Of a stretch of 64,000 nucleotides of DNA, positions 16,730 through 25,725 are shown piece by piece. Position numbers and translations under genes: made by a program. The stretch lies in the IMG/VR virus record IMGVR_UViG_3300045988_147522, one strand, 5' to 3'. The stretch comes from a virus. The number at the start of each line of letters is the position of its first letter. Positions within the stretch are counted from its first letter, which is position 1. The notes under the pieces were generated by a model. That model did not search any database. It was not told the DNA's origin and saw nothing but the letters and a program-made list of their open reading frames with translations.

Positions 16730-17236
16730 ATGCTACGGAAAATAATCACAAAATCAGATGCAGCTCATGAATGGGTAAAAGAATTTAATGCTATTGACAG
16801 AGGCATTATTAAAAAACTTATGTCAATAGATATTGATGACTGGCAGGAGGTTACAACGCCTCGTGTATGCGATAGAGTGTATTGCTTTGATTCGGAAACA
16901 TATGGAGAGGTGGTCGATATTGATAAAAATGATTATACAATTAACCTTGATGATGGAATAGAAATCACTTTAAGTATTTCTGATTTTGAGGTTGAAAGGT
17001 ATGACTTATTGCCGATGTGGGGAACGATATGGTCGTTTGGCGATGGTCTGGATGATGAATGGTTGTCAGACTATGACGGCATTAAATTAATGTCAGAATG
17101 TGGTTTCAGAATTTTTTACTCAGGAGAGTTCGGGTATTTCTTCGGCATTGATGGAGCAGGATATGATTTTTACGAAGCACACTGGATACCTCTTTACGAA
17201 GCAAGAGGATTACATTGGCACGAAGAGGAGTGTTAA
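16730..17236 (+). CDS. Hypothetical protein
   Basis: SD AAGGAGG. Confidence 0.55.
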   Translation: MLRKIITKSDAAHEWVKEFNAIDRGIIKKLMSIDIDDWQEVTTPRVCDRVYCFDSETYGEVVDIDKNDYTINLDDGIEITLSISDFEVERYDLLPMWGTIWSFGDGLDDEWLSDYDGIKLMSECGFRIFYSGEFGYFFGIDGAGYDFYEAHWIPLYEARGLHWHEEEC

Positions 17237-17239
17237 AAA

Positions 17240-17683
17240 ATGAGAATATATAGTGAATTGGACTTAAATACATTTGAAGCTTGGAGCGGAGCAGTTAATA
17301 CTCTTGACAGAATACGCCGTGAAGGCAAGTGTGAGGAATTGGAAAGTGTTCTTGAAGAAAACTACCCTGAAGGAATTGATGAAACAGAGTTAAATGATTT
17401 ATTGTGGTTTGAATCAGAAACAGTTTATGAATGGGTGGGTTTACGAACAGAATCGCAGATTGAATCTGAAATCGAAGAAGCTAAATCAGAGCTTGCTGAT
17501 TTAGAAGATGACTTAAAAAATTTAGATGAAGATTACAACACCGATTGTGAAGATGTTTCAGAAATCGAGCGTGAGAGAATTTGGATAGAATCTTACAAAG
17601 ACGATCACAATTCTTTAATCAATGATATTGCAGAAATTAAAGAAAACATTGCCGAGTTAGAGGAAGAGCTGAAGGAGATTTAA
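17240..17683 (+). CDS. Highly acidic coiled-coil protein
   Basis: SD agaggag. Very Asp/Glu-rich composition. Confidence 0.55.
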   Translation: MRIYSELDLNTFEAWSGAVNTLDRIRREGKCEELESVLEENYPEGIDETELNDLLWFESETVYEWVGLRTESQIESEIEEAKSELADLEDDLKNLDEDYNTDCEDVSEIERERIWIESYKDDHNSLINDIAEIKENIAELEEELKEI

Positions 17684-17685
17684 CT

Positions 17686-18027
17686 ATGAAAAAATATATT
17701 GAGGTAAAGGAAAATCCAGCAAAGGTTACACACTTGAGGATTGAATTATATTATAGTCTTGGTGGAATGAATTATTTTACAGGCAGGACAGAAAATCGAG
17801 GATATTACTTATCTGTTACACCAGTCGAAAGAAAAACAAGCGATGGAGGTTATACATCAGAGAGTTGCACAGCATTCTCAGGAATAAAACAGAATGTTAA
17901 AGAGGTAACAAGAAAAAGTAAAAAGGCTGAAATTGAAGCTGAAAAGCTGGCAACTGATGTGGTGAATAATTTGATTGATTATGTATTAAGGAACAATGGT
18001 CTTGAAATTGCAGCACAGGAGATTTAA
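17686..18027 (+). CDS. Hypothetical protein
   Basis: Conserved junction GGAGATTTAACTATG. Confidence 0.55.
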   Translation: MKKYIEVKENPAKVTHLRIELYYSLGGMNYFTGRTENRGYYLSVTPVERKTSDGGYTSESCTAFSGIKQNVKEVTRKSKKAEIEAEKLATDVVNNLIDYVLRNNGLEIAAQEI

Positions 18028-18029
18028 TT

Positions 18030-18269
18030 ATGCTTACACCTGACGCATATTACTTTAAAGATTTGCCTGTTCTTTTAGAATCCGATACTGGCAAAAAGAT
18101 ATATGGGAAATTCATGAATATTGCAGATGAAACAGCACAAGCTTGGTTACAAGGTATTGTAGATTTGGTTGAAATTTTGCATATAGACATACAAGGGTTG
18201 GATGTGCTTTGGAATCTTGTTCAAGAGTATGGTGTACCAACCGCAAAGAAAATGTATAGGGAGATTTAA
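18030..18269 (+). CDS. Hypothetical protein
   Basis: Conserved junction GGAGATTTAATTATG. Confidence 0.55.
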   Translation: MLTPDAYYFKDLPVLLESDTGKKIYGKFMNIADETAQAWLQGIVDLVEILHIDIQGLDVLWNLVQEYGVPTAKKMYREI

Positions 18270-18271
18270 TT

Positions 18272-18475
18272 ATGTTTGCAGTAAGATACTATCCAGAAGA
18301 TGTAGCTGAAACTTTATGTTTGATTGCTTTTTATAATCCAAGCAGGCGAACTATAATGGAATGTACAGACGGTTTACTCAGATTATTAGCAGCAGCTAAA
18401 AATTCATATAATCCAGAAGGGTACAGAGTATTGTATAGAGTGCTTGAAACAATTGCAGGTGTACAGGAGGTTTGA
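18272..18475 (+). CDS. Hypothetical protein
   Basis: Conserved junction GGAGATTTAATTATG. Confidence 0.55.
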   Translation: MFAVRYYPEDVAETLCLIAFYNPSRRTIMECTDGLLRLLAAAKNSYNPEGYRVLYRVLETIAGVQEV

Positions 18476-18477
18476 TT

Positions 18478-19020
18478 ATGGGACAGCATTATAATGTTGT
18501 AATTAAGAATAAGAATATAATAATCGCATACAACAGAGAAGTTGATGGCATGTACACAATGGCAAAATTGACAGAACATTCGTGGTGGTATAATGCATTT
18601 GTTTCTTCAATTACAAAATTGTTATATAAAAACCCTTGTAAAGTGGCGTGGATAGGTGATTATTCTAAAACGGAATGTACAGAAGAAATCAATCAGATAC
18701 TCTTTGAATTTGCTTGGGGAGATGAGGTTGAAAAACACAGCATACATCAGGATGAAATGTATCTTGACGGTAAGTATCTTGTTAATCATACAATAGAAGC
18801 ATATCTCGATTGTGACAAGTATAAAGCAAGATGCAATAATAATGATTGGGTTTTACATCCGTTGCCATTATTGACAGCCGTAGGCAACGGTTTGGGTGGC
18901 GGAGATTATTATGGCATCAATAAAGATCAAGTTGGCGGTTGGGCTTGGTGTACAATATCCGTTGAAAATGATATTCCGGTTGGATATGAAGAGCTTGAAT
19001 ATATATTCAGAGAAGATTAA
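18478..19020 (+). CDS. Hypothetical protein
   Basis: ATG 7 nt after caggagg. The track TTG start at 18472 is too close to the SD. Confidence 0.55.
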   Translation: MGQHYNVVIKNKNIIIAYNREVDGMYTMAKLTEHSWWYNAFVSSITKLLYKNPCKVAWIGDYSKTECTEEINQILFEFAWGDEVEKHSIHQDEMYLDGKYLVNHTIEAYLDCDKYKARCNNNDWVLHPLPLLTAVGNGLGGGDYYGINKDQVGGWAWCTISVENDIPVGYEELEYIFRED

Positions 19021-19046
19021 AACGGCACTTTTAAGGAGAAATATAA

Positions 19047-19244
19047 ATGAATAAATCAGAGTTTTTGTTATACATTGAAGAAAACTTCAATATAACTGGT
19101 GAGAGTTATCGACTGATTAGTAATATTCTTGATTTCGTTTCAAACAATGCTACTAATGAGAATGAGCAATATAATATGTTATACAATCTTCTTGATGGAA
19201 CAATCGGATTATCAGATATGGAGTTGCGTAAAGTGTATCTGTAA
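19047..19244 (+). CDS. Hypothetical protein
   Basis: SD aaggaga. Confidence 0.5.
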   Translation: MNKSEFLLYIEENFNITGESYRLISNILDFVSNNATNENEQYNMLYNLLDGTIGLSDMELRKVYL

Positions 19245-19296
19245 GTAATTACTTTTAAGATTGTTTAATAGTTATATTCATAAATGAGGTGCAAAA

Positions 19297-19569
19297 ATGT
19301 TATATAAATGGTATGACGGCAAAAAGTATAGAGCTAATAAAAAAACAGAAGCAATCTTTATAAAATGGAAATCAATTGATAATGCTGTGGATATGAGAAA
19401 AAATAAATTAACTTTAGTACAATATGAAACTATACCATATATTTGGCACGATTTGGTGCAATTAGGTGTAGGGAGAACAATCTCACCAGAAGTTGTAAAT
19501 TGGTTTAAGAAACAAGACTGTAAGGTTCAGATGGATTCAGATGGCATTAATTATATAATAATAATTTGA
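19297..19569 (+). CDS. Hypothetical protein
   Basis: SD gaggtg. Confidence 0.5.
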   Translation: MLYKWYDGKKYRANKKTEAIFIKWKSIDNAVDMRKNKLTLVQYETIPYIWHDLVQLGVGRTISPEVVNWFKKQDCKVQMDSDGINYIIII

Positions 19570-19641
19570 TTACGGCAAACAGAGATTATAACTCAAACTT
19601 GTTTATATAACATTATATTAAGAAATTAAGGAGAGAAAGTA

Positions 19642-19845
19642 ATGGACTATGGTGAATTTAAAGAGAAAATAAGTCTTGATGTAGATGACGCTATTGGAGT
19701 GTGCAATGATTTATTGAACAGGTATCGTGATGATGAGAAAGCGGAAAATATTATTTTGGAAGCTTTTGCTGAGTTATTCGATTGTTCTGTGGACAGCTTA
19801 TTGGATTTTATTTATCAGGAATACAATGAGGAGGTGGACGATTGA
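19642..19845 (+). CDS. Hypothetical acidic protein
   Basis: SD aaggaga. Confidence 0.5.
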   Translation: MDYGEFKEKISLDVDDAIGVCNDLLNRYRDDEKAENIILEAFAELFDCSVDSLLDFIYQEYNEEVDD

Positions 19846-19847
19846 AT

Positions 19848-20075
19848 ATGAAAAGTTTAATGCTATGGAAAGATGATTTTAAAAATGAAAGAGATTGGAT
19901 TGCACTTTGCAAAGCACTTGATATACCAAAAAATACAGTTGAAATTGAAATGAACTGCAATGTGTGTGTACACAAATCGCACTATACTTCAAAAAAGAGA
20001 GATGGGGATTATGAAACATTAGGCGAACGAATATTAGAAATAGAGCATAACAAGGAAAGGATGTACGCAGAATGA
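19848..20075 (+). CDS. Hypothetical protein
   Basis: ATG after gaggaggtgg. Alternative TTG at 19842. Confidence 0.5.
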   Translation: MKSLMLWKDDFKNERDWIALCKALDIPKNTVEIEMNCNVCVHKSHYTSKKRDGDYETLGERILEIEHNKERMYAE

Positions 20076-20515
20076 CTAAGGATGAGAAAACACAAGCATT
20101 AATCGACAAAGTTTCCAAGTGTTGGCAAAAGATTGCAGATTTTTATGAAATTTCGACTTCAAAGGTTAGATGGATGGGCACAAATAGATTTAAGGTTATC
20201 AAAAACAACGAAGAAATTATAGTGTTTTATTTGAAAAACGGTACAATTATAACCAAGGAAGAGCGAGACAAAAAGAGATATGAGACATTTAAGTTAAAAT
20301 GGCTGATAGAGCATGGTTATGGTTTAACAGATGTGCTAAAAGAAGTAGATTGGCATTTACAAGACAATTTCTATAATATAAGTATTTGGCGCGCTTTTGA
20401 TTTGTTTGAACATTATGGTTTTGAGGATGGTATGATTTATCCTTGTTTTAAAGAATGGATAGATAACGAAGGTAAAGCAACACAACCGTGCGATTATGAT
20501 AATTACTGGATATAA
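20072..20515 (+). CDS. Hypothetical protein
   Basis: ATGA overlap with the upstream gene. Confidence 0.55.
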   Translation: MTKDEKTQALIDKVSKCWQKIADFYEISTSKVRWMGTNRFKVIKNNEEIIVFYLKNGTIITKEERDKKRYETFKLKWLIEHGYGLTDVLKEVDWHLQDNFYNISIWRAFDLFEHYGFEDGMIYPCFKEWIDNEGKATQPCDYDNYWI

Positions 20516-20701
20516 AACCGATATTTTAATAGAGATACATTTAAGTGGTTTTTAGATTGCTTAAAATCAGATGATTATACACCTATGTACAATACCGACC
20601 TATATAATAAAAATAGTGTATGCTATTGTATATTATTAGAGCCTATACAGGATCATAATATACCTGTATAAATAGCAACAACAGTGAGGAGGAGTGAACA
20701 A

Positions 20702-20878
20702 ATGAAAACTAACGCAAAAATAACTATTTCTCGTAATATCAATAATATAAATCAAATTATTATATCTATTACAGATGATGACTTTAAAAAAGATATTGAC
20801 ATTTTAATTGCTCCCGAACAGTTTGCACTCGCATTAACAGGTTTAGGCTATCAAGATTGCATTATTGACAGGCAGTAA
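20702..20878 (+). CDS. Hypothetical protein
   Basis: ATG after gaggagg. The track start at 20684 precedes the SD. Confidence 0.5.
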   Translation: MKTNAKITISRNINNINQIIISITDDDFKKDIDILIAPEQFALALTGLGYQDCIIDRQ

Positions 20879-20976
20879 TAATTGTTGAGGACTAATCTTA
20901 AAGTTTTCAAAACAGTACATAAATTAAGGCAAGACGAGTAAAGGAGGAATCAAAATGTTAAAAGGAGTGTGTAACA

Positions 20977-21507
20977 ATGAATAAAACAGAATTAAGAAGT
21001 GCTACAAGTGCAGCTAATAAGATTATTAAACTAACATCGGCAGCGAGAAAAGACTATGCAGGTTGTTTCTATGACAAACAAGGTCGGCAGATTATTATAT
21101 CAGACTATATTGCGATAAGATTAAATGAACATTTGTCTATTCCAGAGGTAAGCATTCCGCCCAGTAATGTTGATAGTTTGTTCTTGTCGGCTTGTCAAAA
21201 CACTGAACAGTTAGATTTGTTAAATTTGGAATACTTAAAGGATTATATCCAGAACGCTAAAGATGATGAACCGCAAAGATATAAGGGTAGAGGACATGAA
21301 TCTATTGTTTACGATTTTGGTGAGAGGTTGCGTATGGTAAATTCTGAATATATGTTGCTTATTTATAAGGTTTTAGGTTGGCAGAATCTGACAGCTAAAA
21401 TTAATGAAGATAAATGGGAAACAAGTCCAATATATTTCTTTTCAGATAGAGGTGATGGCATTTTAATGCCGATAAAGAAAAAGGAGTGCGTAAAGTGGAC
21501 AAGATAG
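20977..21507 (+). CDS. Hypothetical protein
   Basis: SD aaaggag. Confidence 0.55.
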   Translation: MNKTELRSATSAANKIIKLTSAARKDYAGCFYDKQGRQIIISDYIAIRLNEHLSIPEVSIPPSNVDSLFLSACQNTEQLDLLNLEYLKDYIQNAKDDEPQRYKGRGHESIVYDFGERLRMVNSEYMLLIYKVLGWQNLTAKINEDKWETSPIYFFSDRGDGILMPIKKKECVKWTR

Positions 21508-21716
21508 AGAGCATATTTAGTGTTAATGGTTATAATAAAGATGCTGACACATATGTGCCATACGGATTGTTTGAAACATATATCGAAGCCAAGACTCATC
21601 TTAATACATTATTACCCTTACTAAGAAAAGATTTACTCACAGACAGGAGAACCAAAGAACCGATAGATTGGCTTAATATTGTGGAAAATGATAAAATATT
21701 GGCAAGCTTTACTTGA
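21495..21716 (+). CDS. Hypothetical protein
   Basis: GTG 8 nt after aaggag. The track GTG at 21486 abuts the SD. Confidence 0.45.
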   Translation: MDKIESIFSVNGYNKDADTYVPYGLFETYIEAKTHLNTLLPLLRKDLLTDRRTKEPIDWLNIVENDKILASFT

Positions 21717-21756
21717 TTTATTGTTGATATTATGATATAATAAAGGAGAATACAAA

Positions 21757-22083
21757 ATGAGAAAATATACAATTGAAGATGCAAAACAGTTGATAACTGA
21801 TTTTTGCGAAGAAGAATATGGAACAGAGAATGTTGACTTTTCAAACCTTGAATGTATCGGTATTGCCTATACAACAACAGAAGATGAACGGTTTGAAATC
21901 CAAACAAACATTGATTTGATACACAATACAATAGATTATTGGTTGTATGACAAATGTATTAAAACAGAAAAATATTTTTCGACTACTGATTTGTGTGTTA
22001 GGGCGTTAAATTGTTTGGCTTTTGATTGGTTGATTGAACCGCAGACAAGTTATTATGATGTGGTTTACGGATATAATGATTGA
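21757..22083 (+). CDS. Hypothetical protein
   Basis: SD aaaggaga. Confidence 0.55.
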   Translation: MRKYTIEDAKQLITDFCEEEYGTENVDFSNLECIGIAYTTTEDERFEIQTNIDLIHNTIDYWLYDKCIKTEKYFSTTDLCVRALNCLAFDWLIEPQTSYYDVVYGYND

Positions 22084-22135
22084 CATATGAGTATGCTGGT
22101 TTGGTAAAATGTAGTTCTGAAAGGAAAAGGACAAA

Positions 22136-22426
22136 ATGAAAAAAGAATTGACAACAAAAATCTATAAAAATGTATTTGATGTAGAAGAAAATCACAAAAA
22201 TGTAAATAAGTTCGTGAAAGCCGTAGTTATTAATTTCGGCGATAGTAGAGGTGATATTATCGTAAAAAATGATAATTTCGGTACAAGAAGAAAATACGCA
22301 GATTTCACCAATGGTAAAAAAGAAGCAGGGCTATACCCTTTACAGATTGTTTTCACAGGTTTAGAGATTGCAAGAATAACGCACGAAAGATATATGAATG
22401 AAAAGAATGAAATTTGCTATTTCTAA
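22136..22426 (+). CDS. Hypothetical protein
   Basis: SD aaaggac / gaaagg. Confidence 0.5.
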   Translation: MKKELTTKIYKNVFDVEENHKNVNKFVKAVVINFGDSRGDIIVKNDNFGTRRKYADFTNGKKEAGLYPLQIVFTGLEIARITHERYMNEKNEICYF

Positions 22427-22520
22427 CGCAGAGTGACCACCTGAAAGGGTAGGGGGTGCAGACGGTCACAATCCCGACAGGTAAACGCAAAATAAAAAAA
22501 AACAAAAAGGAGAAAACACT

Positions 22521-23090
22521 ATGTACAAAATCGCAACAGATACAGAATATGTTTTCGACAATAAATGCCTTACTTATGACGAGGCAGTTGAAACTAAAAA
22601 GAACCTCGAAAAAGAAAACCCAACTTGCAGATTATTCATCTACAAGGAACAGTTTATTGTGTATTGCAACAAAGCAATGTGCGATAAGATATTACTTTAC
22701 AATGATGAGATTGAAGAATGTAACGGGCTTTATCACTTTGACGGTCACAAAATGGCTGAATATTTTTTCACAGACTCGGAGGAAAACAATTGTAATCCTT
22801 CCAACTACGATTGCCCACATAAAATCTTCGATACAAAAGAAGATGCAGTCGCTTTCATTGAGAGCCAACTGAAAGAAGGTAAATACAGAATCCATAACAT
22901 AGAATATGTGAAACAGGATTGTCTCGGTGATACAATTGGTAAAGAAATCACATTCTCTGCTCCGATGTTAGCCCTTGAACAATATTTGTACTCTGTTGAC
23001 GAGGCAGGCAACATTGATGACGAATACTTCTTCGCAATGGACATTCCAAATGAATTCTATTCTCTGTCATTTGACATCAGGTTGCGGTAA
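22521..23090 (+). CDS. Hypothetical protein
   Basis: SD aaaggaga. Preferred over the overlapping ORF 22456-22872, which has Arg/Lys/Thr-rich low-complexity translation. Confidence 0.55.
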   Translation: MYKIATDTEYVFDNKCLTYDEAVETKKNLEKENPTCRLFIYKEQFIVYCNKAMCDKILLYNDEIEECNGLYHFDGHKMAEYFFTDSEENNCNPSNYDCPHKIFDTKEDAVAFIESQLKEGKYRIHNIEYVKQDCLGDTIGKEITFSAPMLALEQYLYSVDEAGNIDDEYFFAMDIPNEFYSLSFDIRLR

Positions 23091-23103
23091 GGGGAAATAT
23101 ACA

Positions 23104-23559
23104 ATGAATAAATCATTTTGCAAAGTTATTGATTCCGTTATTGTATTTAATTGTAAGATACTTAACTTAGAACAGCCTACAGTTAAATATGAACCGCCAG
23201 ATAAATTCGCCACACCAACCACGAAAGCAGGCATTAATCCTAACAAGAATGTAATCGCTATCAATATTGACACCATATGGGAAAGCTCCGTAGAAATATG
23301 GTGGGTGATATCACACGAAATGAGACATTTGTGGCAGGTGAAAAATGGACAGTTTAATGCCGATCACTACAATCCATCACAAGAAAACAATCTAACATCC
23401 TATGCAATGCAATTTGAGGAAGTTGATGCTAATGCTTGGGGTGTATATGTGATCATTTCGTTATTTCACACACGACCTTTATTAGAAAACATCTACGGCG
23501 AACAGGTTTGGCAACAAATTATGAAGAGGGTTGAAGAAATAAAGGCAGAATATAAATAA
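23104..23559 (+). CDS. Putative zinc metallopeptidase (HExxH)
   Basis: Internal ATG after aagggga. Motif VISHEMRHLW. Confidence 0.45.
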   Translation: MNKSFCKVIDSVIVFNCKILNLEQPTVKYEPPDKFATPTTKAGINPNKNVIAINIDTIWESSVEIWWVISHEMRHLWQVKNGQFNADHYNPSQENNLTSYAMQFEEVDANAWGVYVIISLFHTRPLLENIYGEQVWQQIMKRVEEIKAEYK

Positions 23560-23605
23560 AATTCTTGTTTTAGAACAGATTCGTCATAAGGAGGAATGTA
23601 GTTTT

Positions 23606-23824
23606 ATGCAAAGTAAATATAGAGAAATCAGAAGCAACTTTATTGATTATGATAAAAATATAATGTACATTGATGCTTGGAAAACGACAAATTCCAACGA
23701 AGAGGGTAAAGTGATTGCGAAAATCAATCTCTCTAATTCCGAGGTGGAATATGTTGATGAGAAAGCTAAAACTGATGCTTATGCTCAGACAGTAATAAGG
23801 AGGGTACTAAATGCCGTGGTTTGA
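23606..23824 (+). CDS. Hypothetical protein
   Basis: SD AAGGAGG. Confidence 0.5.
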   Translation: MQSKYREIRSNFIDYDKNIMYIDAWKTTNSNEEGKVIAKINLSNSEVEYVDEKAKTDAYAQTVIRRVLNAVV

Positions 23825-24095
23825 TAATAACGATAAACCAATCGAAGTTAATCATACCGAGATGATAGAAAGAGTAGAAAATGACATTCGGCTCTATGGT
23901 AAAAATTTGAAATGTTATGTTATTATTTCGTCTCGCTCTGTTGCAAATTCGCCTGACATACAGATAGTAAGCAGATTTAGTCTTAAAAAATCTATTATAG
24001 GCGGTATGACAGACAAAGAATACGCCCTATCAATTACGCTTGAGGAATTGTTAAATAGGTTACGGTATGAACATTATGTACCGGAAGATGTTTAA
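23811..24095 (+). CDS. Hypothetical protein
   Basis: SD aaggaggg. Confidence 0.5.
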   Translation: MPWFDNNDKPIEVNHTEMIERVENDIRLYGKNLKCYVIISSRSVANSPDIQIVSRFSLKKSIIGGMTDKEYALSITLEELLNRLRYEHYVPEDV

Positions 24096-24113
24096 AACAA
24101 AGGTTTTATACAT

Positions 24114-24214
24114 AAAAAAATAGACATCACTTCGACCTGCGAAAATCTGGTGATGTCTATACCAAGTAAGCTATCGAAAGATGGTCAGCGTTAGCCTACC
24201 CATTTTCAAAGCCT
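24114..24214 (-). ncRNA. Candidate ~100-nt small RNA
   Basis: Minus-strand promoter TTGACA (24249-24244), 17-nt spacer, TATCAT (24226-24221). An 11-bp hairpin (24160-24150 / 24130-24120) is followed by a 7-nt T run. No SD-led ORF. Confidence 0.45.
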
Positions 24215-24409
24215 AATATGATGATACACTATTGGGAAAATTTTGTCAATGTTATTTCCATATTTTGTGGGTTGATTATAATAAAGAAAAAATTTACAAT
24301 AATAATGAAAGGCGAATGAACACATATGAATAATTTGAACTACGATTTAAGAGGTGGATAAGTATATTTACTTAGTAGGTGATGTAATTGCACAATATAA
24401 CAAACTCTA

Positions 24410-24438
24410 TTGACAATAGCTTATTCTCTTGTTATAAT
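24410..24438 (+). promoter_or_regulatory. Consensus sigma-A-type promoter
   Basis: TTGACA, 17-nt spacer, TATAAT. Confidence 0.7.
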
Positions 24439-24480
24439 AAATAATCGAACAGATGTTCCACATACAAAGGTGATATATAT

Positions 24481-24735
24481 ATGATAGTTGCATTAAAAGA
24501 TTGGGAGAGTGTACTGAAAAACTATTATTTTGTATTCAACGACAAAAATTATGATACGGTAAAATGGTCGATATTGAATGATAGAGTAATACAATTCAGT
24601 AATCAAAAAGAACCTGTAAGCAGCAGTGTAGTGTTTGCAGGAGTAAGATACATAGATATTAATTGTGCAAAATTACTAATTGTGCTTAATAATGGCGATA
24701 AATATTTAGCATACAAATATGAAAAACGAACTTGA
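24481..24735 (+). CDS. Hypothetical protein
   Basis: SD aaaggtg. Downstream of the consensus promoter. Confidence 0.55.
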   Translation: MIVALKDWESVLKNYYFVFNDKNYDTVKWSILNDRVIQFSNQKEPVSSSVVFAGVRYIDINCAKLLIVLNNGDKYLAYKYEKRT

Positions 24736-24759
24736 CATTTACGAACTGTGTGATATAAT
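24732..24759 (+). promoter_or_regulatory. Sigma-A-type promoter with extended -10
   Basis: TTGACA, 16-nt spacer, TGaTATAAT. Overlaps the end of the 84-aa ORF. Confidence 0.6.
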
Positions 24760-24790
24760 AAAGCCAAGAAATCCAGAAAGGAGGGCTTGA

Positions 24791-25219
24791 ATGTTAGGAA
24801 TCAAGCCAAAGATTGGCGAAGTATATCTCATAGATTTTCCACAAGATGGACACACACAGGGCGGAATAAGACCGGGTGTAATTTTTCAAAATGATGTTGG
24901 TAATAAATACAGTCCTAATGTTGTTGTTCTTCCTTTGACTACTTCGATAAAAAAGATATCTCAGCCTACGCATGTGTATATTAGCAGTAAAAATTCTGGT
25001 CTTAGGTATGACAGCATGGTACTGTGTGAAAACCCAATATCTATTTCTAAAGATCGAATCTCCAAAAAACTTACAAAACTCAGTTCATATCATATGACTC
25101 GCATCACAGAAGCAAATTTACTTGCTTCTTCTGCGATTGCGTATTTGTCATTTGATGAGCTACTGCATGTTTGGGAGAAAAGTCAAGATTTTGCAGACAA
25201 AAGGTTGGTGATGGCGTGA
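24791..25219 (+). CDS. MazF/PemK-family toxin-like endoribonuclease with C-terminal extension
   Basis: GEVYLIDF...GGIRPGVIFQNDVGNKYSPNVVVLPLTTS...PTHVYI...LRYDSMVLCENPISISKDRI matches the PemK/MazF core pattern. SD aaaggaggg. Confidence 0.75.
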   Translation: MLGIKPKIGEVYLIDFPQDGHTQGGIRPGVIFQNDVGNKYSPNVVVLPLTTSIKKISQPTHVYISSKNSGLRYDSMVLCENPISISKDRISKKLTKLSSYHMTRITEANLLASSAIAYLSFDELLHVWEKSQDFADKRLVMA

Positions 25220-25302
25220 CTTTTGGTCAATTAATCCTCTGCTTAGTTGTTTTGGCAGTAGGATATATATGGATAAAACTTAAATAAGAAGAGGTGTTAT
25301 AT

Positions 25303-25635
25303 ATGATAGGAGAATTATTATTGGTTGGTTTGGCAACAGTAACGGAAGGTTTGAAGACCACTTTGCATTATTCAAAATCCGAATGGGCTAAAGATCGAGT
25401 GAATTCCAGACATAAATACAATAAAGAAAGACAGTCCGAAATTGAGGACGCTTTGTTTGGGTATTATACATCGGAACGAGGACGCAAAAGAGAGGAATAT
25501 CAGCAGATATTAGATGATGCAGGTGTTACTTATTATGATGATTACGATATAATAAAAAAGATTGCCATTATTGAAGGATGGGAGTATTATGATTTTTGCG
25601 AATGGAATCGTGAAGTGCAAAGAGAAATGCGTTAA
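25303..25635 (+). CDS. Hypothetical protein with N-terminal TM segment
   Basis: ATG after agaggtg. Confidence 0.5.
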   Translation: MIGELLLVGLATVTEGLKTTLHYSKSEWAKDRVNSRHKYNKERQSEIEDALFGYYTSERGRKREEYQQILDDAGVTYYDDYDIIKKIAIIEGWEYYDFCEWNREVQREMR

Positions 25636-25725
25636 TATGTAACTTTTCAGCGATTGTTTCTGTTTACAAATAATGCCAAATGTGATACATTATACATATA
25701 TAATTTTATTCGAGGTGCTGATGAT

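Noticed and set aside
22427-22520. GC-rich hairpin (gtgacc...ggtcac) upstream of ORF 22521 as a riboswitch
   Set aside because: I could not match it to any riboswitch consensus I know. The downstream gene has no metabolic function that would suggest a ligand.
22456-22872. 138-aa ORF overlapping 22521-23090
   Set aside because: Its translation is low-complexity and basic, it has no SD, and the alternative frame has a strong SD.
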